A model generated the notes under the pieces. It was not told the DNA's origin and ran no database searches. It worked only from the letters and a program-made list of their open reading frames with translations. Position numbers and translations under genes: made by a program. This document shows, in pieces, positions 1 through 7,689 of a DNA stretch of 15,853 nt (the stretch's first letter is position 1; each line of letters begins with the position of its first letter). The stretch comes from Promethearchaeota archaeon (GTDB lineage: Archaea > Asgardarchaeota > Lokiarchaeia > Sigyniarchaeales > SOKP01). The stretch spans positions 1-15,853 of the forward strand of contig SDNY01000084.1 of NCBI GenBank assembly GCA_004524535.1, written 5' to 3'.

Positions 1-548
1 GGGTCGTATAATCCACGCCATATGAAATAAAACAAGGCATCTTGAGGTGCGGCTAACCAAATGATATTAAGTCCTGTAGATATGCATAAGAGAACTATAA
101 ATCCATCTCTATGCTTCATTTTTTTCTCAAAAGGATTTAGAATGCTGATAGATATCGCTAAACATCTAACAGGAACTTGCAGTACCCATTTAAAGAACCA
201 ATACTTTTGAAGTAATCCTGGTGGAACGATACTCCATTTCCATTCTATTAATAAAGGTGGACCTGCCCACCATGAGTGATGTCCCATTGCAACTAGGTCA
301 ACAAAAGAATCTAAAAATAGTAAAATAATTACGGCGAATATTAATTGTTTAAATGTCTTAGTACGTAAAGTTATTATTATTGAAAGAACCACCCATAATA
401 TCTCTGCGTAAGGATAAAGATCCCATGTTTCTCCTTTTCCTATATAATTTATAATAATATTAAAAAGAGCTCCAATTGAAAGTATTATAATATAGACCGA
501 AATTAAGCTATATTGGAAAAGCTTTGAAGATTCTTCTTTTAATTCCAT
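1..548 (-). CDS. Hypothetical multi-pass, Trp-rich membrane protein (3' end runs off the window; absent from the ORF track)
   Basis: Manual translation from ATG at 548 stays open to base 1: MELKEESSKLFQYSLISVYIIILSIGALFNIIINYIG...LDSFVDLVAMGHHSWWAGPPLLIEWEWSIVPPG...IWLAAPQDALFYFIWRGLYD. About 182 codons with several hydrophobic segments. Confidence 0.8.
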   Translation of the reverse strand, partial: MELKEESSKLFQYSLISVYIIILSIGALFNIIINYIGKGETWDLYPYAEILWVVLSIIITLRTKTFKQLIFAVIILLFLDSFVDLVAMGHHSWWAGPPLLIEWKWSIVPPGLLQKYWFFKWVLQVPVRCLAISISILNPFEKKMKHRDGFIVLLCISTGLNIIWLAAPQDALFYFIWRGLYD

Positions 549-606
549 TAATTATAATAATATCATAAAGAATTAAAAAATATATAATAAAATTCTTAAA
601 TTCATT

Positions 607-620
607 CGAAAGTTATATAA
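607..620 (+). promoter_or_regulatory. Putative archaeal BRE-TATA promoter for the ATP-grasp kinase
   Basis: CGAAAG (607-612) directly followed by TTATATAA (613-620), about 27-33 nt upstream of TTG647/ATG653, in the divergent intergenic region. Confidence 0.55.
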
Positions 621-646
621 TAAAAAAGAAAAACATATTTTATTGC

Positions 647-1543
647 TTGACTATGGTTAAAAAATTAGTACTTTCTGCTAAAAGAGAGCACGATGTCATT
701 AAGAAGGTTATTAGGAAACTGAAAGTAGTCCCCGAAATCGAATTAATTCTGCACGATCCTACAGAGGATTTCCTTGATTTGGTAGATATGCAGACTCAAT
801 TTGGAGATGTTGATTTCATCATAACAAAAGTTGCAAGCGATTGTTCAATTGATTTGCTCCATTTTGCCAAACTTTATAATATTCCAACTTTGCATGATGT
901 TGACACTGTTTTACTATGTAAAAACAAGGTTGCACTTGATCAAGCTATAAGAAAAATATTTGATACGCATTCAGATGATTTGGAGGATTTCCTTTTACCA
1001 AGATCATGGACGCAATCTTTACAAAATATTAATAGATTTAAAGAATGGGCTCTTCCACAATTACCTATTGTTATAAAAAGTCATTACCAACACGATAAAT
1101 ACAACCGTTTTAATTTTTTAGTTCAAGAAATAAATGAAATTGACAAATTCTGTAAAATATATTCAAATTTTTTATATTACAATATGTACATTCAAGAATT
1201 CATTGAAAGCGATGGTATAGAGCGAAAAGTTTATGTTGTTGGAGATAAAGTATTTGGAATTAAAAGAGAAAATCCAATTTACATTTTTTTAAGAGATAAG
1301 CCCAATTCTATTGATGTTGAGACTATTGGGAGACAAAATTTTGAAGTAACTATTGATATGCAAAATTTAGCTAAAATTCTTGCGAAAGAATTAAATCTAA
1401 AAATATTTGGCTTTGATTTAGTTAAACCTCTTAATCAACATAAATATTATTTAATTGATTTAAATGATTTTCCTGGTTTTATGGGAATTAAAGATATTGA
1501 TAATGTATTAGCTGATTTTTTAATAACTTACGTAAATCCTTAA
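647..1543 (+). CDS. ATP-grasp fold enzyme (RimK superfamily), ITPK1-like inositol phosphate kinase
   Basis: Motifs LPIVIK, IQEFI, RKVYVVG, IFGFDLV and YLIDLNDFPGF parallel ITPK1 (FPFICK, VQNFI, YKVFVVG, LFGIDII, VIDINAFPGY). It has D-x-N where RimK-type ligases have E-x-N. Start could be ATG653. Confidence 0.75.
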   Translation: MTMVKKLVLSAKREHDVIKKVIRKLKVVPEIELILHDPTEDFLDLVDMQTQFGDVDFIITKVASDCSIDLLHFAKLYNIPTLHDVDTVLLCKNKVALDQAIRKIFDTHSDDLEDFLLPRSWTQSLQNINRFKEWALPQLPIVIKSHYQHDKYNRFNFLVQEINEIDKFCKIYSNFLYYNMYIQEFIESDGIERKVYVVGDKVFGIKRENPIYIFLRDKPNSIDVETIGRQNFEVTIDMQNLAKILAKELNLKIFGFDLVKPLNQHKYYLIDLNDFPGFMGIKDIDNVLADFLITYVNP

Positions 1544-1617
1544 GAGAATATGATCTAGTAAATCTCGAGAAATTATTCAATATTGTAATAAATCATTTTT
1601 ATTTATTTAAAATATCT

Positions 1618-2103
1618 CTAAATTATGCCAAGAGAATTTTGTAATCCTTTCATTAAACAATCTTTTATTTCATCCCGAATTAATCTAAAACCTTCAATTC
1701 CCTTCATTGAAGGATCTTCAATATCTCCGTTTTCACCCGCAAATTCCTTTATAGTAAAAACTGACTTATTATTAATTTCTTCAAACTTAAGAATATCTTC
1801 CTTATGTTTTTCAGTCAGCGTCAATATTAAGTCTGCTTCTTTAATTAATTTCCTATGCTCTTCTTTTTTCAAGTCAATAGATTCAGAAGTATCTGATAAT
1901 TCTATTCCGATCTCTTTCATTACATCTTGCGCATCAATCGATATCAAGCAACCATCTCTTGCATTTGAAGCGATACCTCCAGATTTTACATCGATTTTTA
2001 AATTGTTTTTTGAAAAACAATCTCGTAAAAAACCCTCTGCCATACAACTTCGCGCTACGTTTACACTACATACTACTAACACAGATTTATAAGGAAAATT
2101 CAT
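1618..2103 (-). CDS. Low-molecular-weight phosphatase family protein (LMW-PTP/ArsC fold)
   Basis: N-terminal CX5R loop VVCSVNVARSCMAEG, then VKSGG, ADLILTL and general-acid DIEDP. No resolving Cys pair typical of thioredoxin-coupled arsenate reductases. Confidence 0.9.
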   Translation of the reverse strand: MNFPYKSVLVVCSVNVARSCMAEGFLRDCFSKNNLKIDVKSGGIASNARDGCLISIDAQDVMKEIGIELSDTSESIDLKKEEHRKLIKEADLILTLTEKHKEDILKFEEINNKSVFTIKEFAGENGDIEDPSMKGIEGFRLIRDEIKDCLMKGLQNSLGII

Positions 2104-2141
2104 ATTTAAAAAGTAAAAAGAAGGATATAAAAAAACAATTA

Positions 2142-2822
2142 TTATTTGAAACTATCCTTATTTGCGAATTTTATACCTTTATTGGTCATATTTTCTAAGC
2201 AGTTTGAAATATTCCCTGGAGGAAGATCAATTCCTTTTGTCAAATCCACTATTAAAAATACTTCAAATCCTAAATCAACACCATCTAAAGCAGTATAACA
2301 ACAACAATAGTCTAATGCTAATCCACATATGAAGATCCTTTCCACTCCGAGAGATTTTAATTTTTCTGCTAACTCAGTCTTAGTTTTCTTGTCATTTTCA
2401 AGAAAACCAGAATAGCTATCAATCTCAGGATTCATTCCTTTTTGAATAACTGCGTCCCCAAGATTCTTTTTTAGATTTTTATGAAAATTAGCTCCTTCAG
2501 TATCTTGAACGCAATGGTCAGGCCATAAAACTGGACCAATTGCTCCATCTTCCGTTTGATATGCATCACCCGGATTTTTATCGAGATATTGACTGGCAAA
2601 AGATTTATGATTATTAGGATGCCAATCTTGTGTTAAAATAACCTTACTTTTTTTATTTTTAAAAGTTTCTGCAACATTATTAATATCATCTACTATTAGA
2701 TCGCCATTTTCTACTGGTAAAGCACCACTAGGCATAAAATCATTTTGTAAATCAACAATAAGTAAAGCATCTTTTTCATTAATATTAATATCCTTTTCTA
2801 TCTTTAAATCCTCGATTTTCAT
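2142..2822 (-). CDS. pncA: Nicotinamidase/pyrazinamidase (isochorismatase family)
   Basis: ALLIVDLQNDFMPSGAL, metal ligands in TQDWHP and WPDHCVQ, QKG...DSYSGF, and catalytic Cys in GLALDYC. Confidence 0.93.
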   Translation of the reverse strand: MKIEDLKIEKDININEKDALLIVDLQNDFMPSGALPVENGDLIVDDINNVAETFKNKKSKVILTQDWHPNNHKSFASQYLDKNPGDAYQTEDGAIGPVLWPDHCVQDTEGANFHKNLKKNLGDAVIQKGMNPEIDSYSGFLENDKKTKTELAEKLKSLGVERIFICGLALDYCCCYTALDGVDLGFEVFLIVDLTKGIDLPPGNISNCLENMTNKGIKFANKDSFK

Positions 2823-2908
2823 ACCAATTAACCAAAAAAGAATTAATTTTATTTAGATTAATTAAAAAATTATCAATTTTATAAAATATATTGAAAGTAT
2901 TTATATTT

Positions 2909-3511
2909 TTAACATTTTAAAAGCGTGAGTATACTTATATCAATTTTCCAAGCCCCTATAGCAAAGAAAACTATCCATTCTACAATCGACCACCTAACGA
3001 TAATATAAAAAACAATTAAAGTGGCAGTAAAAAATCCATAATATGCATGGATCTTAGAAAAATTATTTTCTCTTAAAATTATTAAACTAAAGAAGATAAG
3101 AGATAAACATTCACTTACAAAATATACACCAGCTAAACTGGCATGAATTACACCTATTACTAAATTAATAACTGGGAAAAATGCTATCATTGATAAAGCT
3201 ATACACCCTATTACAGATAATTTAACAGCTCGTCTAGTTAATTTCTCATTTTCTTCTCTTAAAATCCGTCCAAGAAAGATATAAAATGGAATGGAAAACA
3301 TACCCATAAGAATTAGGCTAATAAAAAAAAATAATGGTGCTAACCCAGGTCCTATTCCCAGAACACTCACATCATTATTTATCATGTCATACCTTGGAAA
3401 ATTTAGGTATGAAAGAAAAATAAATATTGCACCTAGAGAAACTGACAATAATCCATAGGCCCCTCCGGGTATCTTCAAGAGTTTATCTACAAAATTATTT
3501 ATTTTTTCAAT
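2909..3511 (-). CDS. DUF998-like multi-pass membrane protein, paralogue 2; proposed ATT start at 3511 (ORF track start TTG3478)
   Basis: YDMINNDVSVLG, hydrophobic helices, a conserved His and a C-terminal EW, all shared with the neighbour. Similarity to the neighbour extends upstream of TTG3478: (I)EKINNFVDKLL vs MEIQKKIFDKLL. Confidence 0.7.
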   Translation of the reverse strand: MEKINNFVDKLLKIPGGAYGLLSVSLGAIFIFLSYLNFPRYDMINNDVSVLGIGPGLAPLFFFISLILMGMFSIPFYIFLGRILREENEKLTRRAVKLSVIGCIALSMIAFFPVINLVIGVIHASLAGVYFVSECLSLIFFSLIILRENNFSKIHAYYGFFTATLIVFYIIVRWSIVEWIVFFAIGAWKIDISILTLLKC

Positions 3512-3553
3512 GATATTTTCACTATTTTTTAATAATTTTATAAGAAAATTAGC

Positions 3554-4186
3554 TTAAAGTTTATGATAAATCAAATAAATAGAATTTGCAATTATCCATG
3601 ATATTATGGCAAATGTAGCAATCCATTCAGTAATAGGCAACCATGTAAATAAAATTAGTAGGTATGTTCCAGCAACAATGAATCCCTGGCAAGCGATGAA
3701 TTTTGAATATTTGCCCCCGTTAATGGTAGATCCCATTAACATTAGAATACTAAATGATATTAAATAAAATACTCCAGTTAGAAAAGATAAAAAAGCAAAA
3801 ATTCCATGGGTAACAAAAATAATGTAATTATCTTCAATTGAGGGAAAAATACCAACCAAGATATAAGTAATAATGGAAATTAACGAAAATATAAGAGAGC
3901 TTTTTCTCACGAGTGGATTTACAGTTTCTTTATCAAAAGATCTATAAAGGGCGATATAATACGGAAAACTTAAGATGCCCGAAATTATTAATCCAAGATT
4001 AAAAAATATTCCGGAAGATCCATGGCCTAGTTCGGAGATCATATTTTCAAAAAAATTATAACCTTCTGGAAATAATATCATTGAAATAATATCTCCAGTT
4101 AATACGATAGCACAAGTTAAAAGTCCAAAAATACCTCCAGGGATTAAACTGAGAAGCTTATCAAAAATTTTTTTTTGTATCTCCAT
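3554..4186 (-). CDS. DUF998-like multi-pass membrane protein, paralogue 1
   Basis: YNFFENMISELG...FFNLGLIISG, VGIFP, THGIFA and ITEW motifs; about 6 TM segments. Confidence 0.75.
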   Translation of the reverse strand: MEIQKKIFDKLLSLIPGGIFGLLTCAIVLTGDIISMILFPEGYNFFENMISELGHGSSGIFFNLGLIISGILSFPYYIALYRSFDKETVNPLVRKSSLIFSLISIITYILVGIFPSIEDNYIIFVTHGIFAFLSFLTGVFYLISFSILMLMGSTINGGKYSKFIACQGFIVAGTYLLILFTWLPITEWIATFAIISWIIANSIYLIYHKL

Positions 4187-4212
4187 ATCTATTTGATTTA
4201 GCCAACAATTTT

Positions 4213-5358
4213 TTAATATATTGTAAATCGATGTCTCGCTTGCTCTTGACTTCTAAGGGTTTTCTTTCGGATTTCTTTATCGATTAGCCCTTCAATATGG
4301 CATAAATACTCATATTCATCTTTTATAACTAATGTTATTGCTGTCCCTTTTTTTCTCATTCTCGATGTCCGCCCAATTCTGTGAACATAATTTTCAGGGA
4401 ATTTAGGAATATCATAATTAAAAACATGAGAAATATTCTCTATGTCTAAACCCCGAGCAGCAACATCAGTAGCAATAAGCATATTTATCTTTCGTTCCCT
4501 AAATTCTTTTAAGATTTTTTCTCTCTGAAATTGTGTCAATTTTCCAGAAATTAATCCCATTTTAAAACCAATATTTTTTGATTTTAACCTATTATACAAC
4601 CAACTTCCTGTTTTTTTCGTATTTACAAATACAAGAACACGTTTTGGCTTCTCTACTCTTAAAATCTCTAGAAAACTTTTAAATTTCTGCTCATATCGGT
4701 CAATCATATAATAATATTGTCGAGTACTCTTTACAGTTAAATCATCTCTACTTAAATTTAGAAATTGAAATTTATTTCCAGAGTATTTTTTAACTAAGTT
4801 TCTAATATCATAATCTAAAGTTGCTGAAAATAACATAAATAGATAATTAGTTTTAATTTGATTTAAGATATATTTAACATCTGGTGCGAAGCCCATATCC
4901 CATAATCTGTCTGCTTCGTCTAATACAACAAAATTAATATTATTAAATTTTAGTTTCCTTCTCTTCCATAGATCTATAAGCCTTCCGGGTGTTCCTACAA
5001 TAATATGAACTCCTTGTTCTAATTTATTAATTTGATTGTTAATTGAAACTCCCCCATAAATAGTCATGGACTTAATGTTATTATTTCCTAAATCTTTAAC
5101 AACTTGATTAACCTGTTTCGCAAGTTCTCTAGTGGGAACGATAATTAGAGCTTCATTATTTTTATTTGTTAATTTCTCAATAATTGGAATGATAAAGGCC
5201 AATGTTTTGCCTGTACCTGTCTTAGCTTGAGCCATAACATTTTGTCCCTTTAAAATAAGCGGAATTGCTTTTTCTTGTACAGGGGTAGGATTTATTATCC
5301 CGAGTTTCTTTAAAGCGTTAATATTTTTAGCGCTTATACCTAAATCGTCGAAATTCAA
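4213..5358 (-). CDS. DEAD-box ATP-dependent RNA helicase (core only)
   Basis: Q motif PTPVQ, Walker A AKTGTGKT, PTRELA, GTPGR, DEAD, SAT, TDVAARGLD and HRIGRTSR. TTG start lies 7 nt after a GTGA SD-like motif (5369-5366). Confidence 0.96.
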   Translation of the reverse strand: MNFDDLGISAKNINALKKLGIINPTPVQEKAIPLILKGQNVMAQAKTGTGKTLAFIIPIIEKLTNKNNEALIIVPTRELAKQVNQVVKDLGNNNIKSMTIYGGVSINNQINKLEQGVHIIVGTPGRLIDLWKRRKLKFNNINFVVLDEADRLWDMGFAPDVKYILNQIKTNYLFMLFSATLDYDIRNLVKKYSGNKFQFLNLSRDDLTVKSTRQYYYMIDRYEQKFKSFLEILRVEKPKRVLVFVNTKKTGSWLYNRLKSKNIGFKMGLISGKLTQFQREKILKEFRERKINMLIATDVAARGLDIENISHVFNYDIPKFPENYVHRIGRTSRMRKKGTAITLVIKDEYEYLCHIEGLIDKEIRKKTLRSQEQARHRFTIY

Positions 5359-5587
5359 AATAAAGTCACAAGTATATTTCCTTTTTTAACTCACTATTTT
5401 CATATATTAAAACGCAGTAAGCTAATTAAATTTTAGTGTTATTATTTAAAATTTTATTATTCCCTTTTCAGCATTACGACGATAATCAATTTGATGTAAA
5501 AATTTTGGAAATCTTTTTACGCAATCTTTCCTTATTCTTTTGTAAATATTAGAAAAGTTTTCAAACATTTCAGAAAGAGTGAAAAAA

Positions 5588-5938
5588 ATGAGACCTAAAA
5601 TAAAATTTTATTTATCATTAGCTGTATTACAAATATTTTTAATTTTCATTGTTCTTTTCAGTATAAATGGATTAGTTACATTTGTAGCAGCCCAAGGCGA
5701 AGGTGCAGTTAGTAATCCTGCGACTGCTTCGATGGTAGCAATCTCAGCAGCGATAGCAGTAGGCGCCTCTACATTTTCAAGTGCTTGGGCCTTAAAAACA
5801 GTTGGGACTGCGGCAATCTCTTCTATAACGGAACGTGAAGGAGGGTCAATCGTGATACAGTTTTTAAGTATAGCAATGTGCGAAGCTTTAGCTATTTATG
5901 GATTTATAGTTGCTGTACTGCTATGGACTCTCATTTAG
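5588..5938 (+). CDS. atpK: A/V-type ATPase proteolipid subunit K (c), single hairpin plus N-terminal hydrophobic segment
   Basis: Small-residue-rich helix (AISAAIAVGAS...VGTAAIS) and C-terminal helix IAMCEALAIYGFIVAVLL with the ion-binding Glu (GAA 5882-5884). ATG5588 follows GAGTGA; GTG5579 is an alternative start. Confidence 0.93.
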   Translation: MRPKIKFYLSLAVLQIFLIFIVLFSINGLVTFVAAQGEGAVSNPATASMVAISAAIAVGASTFSSAWALKTVGTAAISSITEREGGSIVIQFLSIAMCEALAIYGFIVAVLLWTLI

Positions 5939-5946
5939 AACACCCA

Positions 5947-5962
5947 TTTTTTTTAAAAAAAA
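5947..5962 (+). terminator. T8A8 palindrome / oligo-T tract after atpK, putative intra-operon terminator
   Basis: TTTTTTTTAAAAAAAA begins 8 nt after the atpK stop. Archaeal intrinsic termination uses oligo-U tracts. Confidence 0.45.
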
Positions 5963-5981
5963 GAATTTTGGTGAATCATTA

Positions 5982-7031
5982 ACGAGTGTAGTCGTCCCTT
6001 CATATTCTTATACTTACATAAAATTAGAATTTTTAAAGCAATTAATAATGGATGATGATGTTCTAAAAAGAGTTAGACTTATAAATGAAATTAAAGAACT
6101 TGTCGATTATATTCGTCCTTATTATCCAAAGATAAAAATTGAAGCATATTCAATTGAAGAAATTGAGAAAGCATTATACCACACTTTTATAAAATTAATT
6201 GGAAAAATTCTCTATTATTCACCATCGAATATGAGACGATTTTTAAGAGATTACCTTTTACAATTTGAGATAATGAATATTAAACAAATTATTCTTGGTA
6301 CAATCGTTGGTATGACTCGAAAAGAAAAATCTAAGGAAGTTAATTTTTTAGTTGAAAGATTGCTTGGAAATGTGGAATTTATAAATAGTTTGATTGACGC
6401 CAATACGTTAGATGAAATTCAATTATTAATGAAAAATACCAGGTACTATAAGGCCGTTAGAGAGGGTATACTTTATTTCAGAAACTATAATGAGGTGTTC
6501 GTATTAGAGTCTTTTTTAGATCAATTATATTATCAGAACCTGATAAAAGAGGAAAAAAGCTTTAACAGAACAGAAAAAAAAATTTTAAATCTCTATATAG
6601 ATTGTATAACTGAAGTTTATAACTTGAATATAATATATAGAAGCCTATTAAATAACATTGACAAGAAACTTGTATCACAGTTTTTAGTAGATAATTATTT
6701 ATTTTTTAATAAAAATGAAATTGGCAATTTAGTACAAATAAATGATATTAATGATTTTATTACAATAATAGTTGAGAGATATAAAGAAATTGATATGCTT
6801 AAGAAGTTCATATCTGAAATAGGTGTCCATAAAGAACATCTATATTGGTGGATTGAAGGATTGTATATTAATTATATTTTTAATAAACTAATACCAAAAA
6901 TAGACAACATTGATTATTCAACAATTTTAGGGATTATAAAAATGATAATTGGGAAACAAAAAGAAATTCAATTTGATATATTACCAAATGTGGTAAAAGT
7001 TATTCATAGGAAATTTGATCTTTTAGAATAA
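5982..7031 (+). CDS. atpC: A/V-type ATPase subunit C (d-like); proposed ACG start at 5982 (ORF track start TTG5910)
   Basis: About 350 aa, helical, operon position. YSYTYIKL N-terminus, YLLQFEIMNIKQII, LESFLDQLYY and EVYNLNIIYR match subunit C patterns. GGTGA (5970-5974) lies 7 nt before ACG. Confidence 0.88.
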   Translation, partial: TSVVVPSYSYTYIKLEFLKQLIMDDDVLKRVRLINEIKELVDYIRPYYPKIKIEAYSIEEIEKALYHTFIKLIGKILYYSPSNMRRFLRDYLLQFEIMNIKQIILGTIVGMTRKEKSKEVNFLVERLLGNVEFINSLIDANTLDEIQLLMKNTRYYKAVREGILYFRNYNEVFVLESFLDQLYYQNLIKEEKSFNRTEKKILNLYIDCITEVYNLNIIYRSLLNNIDKKLVSQFLVDNYLFFNKNEIGNLVQINDINDFITIIVERYKEIDMLKKFISEIGVHKEHLYWWIEGLYINYIFNKLIPKIDNIDYSTILGIIKMIIGKQKEIQFDILPNVVKVIHRKFDLLE

Positions 7032-7045
7032 GGGGTGAATTGATA

Positions 7046-7357
7046 ATGGAAATTTTTAAATGGACAAATGAAATAGAGAAAGTCTATGACGATCTAATTA
7101 CTAATGCTAGAGAAGAAAGTCTTGCTGAAATCAAAGCTTTAAGAAATAATCAAGAAAAAATGAAGGAATTCACACTTAATCAAAAGCAAAATATTGTAAA
7201 TTTAGCATTAAAAGAATTATCAGAAAAAGTTGAGAAAGAGATCACAAGTTTCAAAAACGATTTGAATCAAAAAATCAAAACTATTGAAGACCAGTTTCAA
7301 ATGAGTAAAAATAAAATAATTAAATCTATAACTAAGAAATTAGGATTTGAATTTTAA
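7046..7357 (+). CDS. atpH: A/V-type ATPase peripheral stalk subunit H (G-like)
   Basis: About 103 aa charged coiled coil (EIEKVYDDLITNAREE) inside the operon. ATG7046 lies 7 nt after GGGGTGA (7032-7038); ORF track start is TTG7040. Assignment rests on size, composition and context. Confidence 0.72.
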   Translation: MEIFKWTNEIEKVYDDLITNAREESLAEIKALRNNQEKMKEFTLNQKQNIVNLALKELSEKVEKEITSFKNDLNQKIKTIEDQFQMSKNKIIKSITKKLGFEF

Positions 7358-7689
7358 TGCCAGATCAAGAAATTTATGTTATAGGATATGATGAGATTGT
7401 TCTTCTTCTGGGACTCCTCGGGATTCAGGGCATGGTCCTTGAGAAATCTGACGACTTCATGAAAATCTTTAAAGAACTCATAAATAACCCTTCCATTGGA
7501 ATGATTATTATAGCATTAGATTTACCTTCTGATATTATTGATTATTTGATAAATTTTAAATTAAATAATCGAAGACCTTTTATCTTTTATTTACCAGATA
7601 TTTTCCAAGTAAATATAGAGAAAAACAATGTTTTCTTGAATAAAATTAGTAAAACAATTAGTAAAATTATACAACAAGAAGTTGATTAG
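7357..7689 (+). CDS. atpF: A/V-type ATPase subunit F
   Basis: IYVIGYDEIVLLLGLLGI and IGMIII...PFIFYLP match subunit F; 110 aa; TAATG overlap with the upstream gene. Confidence 0.9.
   Translation: MPDQEIYVIGYDEIVLLLGLLGIQGMVLEKSDDFMKIFKELINNPSIGMIIIALDLPSDIIDYLINFKLNNRRPFIFYLPDIFQVNIEKNNVFLNKISKTISKIIQQEVD

Noticed and set aside
1625-2092. 155 aa + strand ORF
   Set aside because: Antisense shadow of the LMW phosphatase; Ser/Ile/Phe-rich with no motif.
1618-2103. Arsenate reductase ArsC call
   Set aside because: Resolving cysteine pair is absent and there are no ars genes nearby.
1959-2198. 79 aa + strand ORF
   Set aside because: Overlaps both the phosphatase and pncA on the opposite strand; no recognisable features.
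5359-5587. Specific promoter or ncRNA in the helicase-atpK divergent intergenic region
   Set aside because: Several AT-rich TATA-like words but none could be singled out; no stable GC-rich structure seen.
5910-5981. TTG5910 N-terminal extension of atpC
   Set aside because: Overlaps atpK by 29 nt, translates the T8A8 tract (FFKKK) and the SD itself, and does not resemble subunit C. Disfavoured but not formally excluded.
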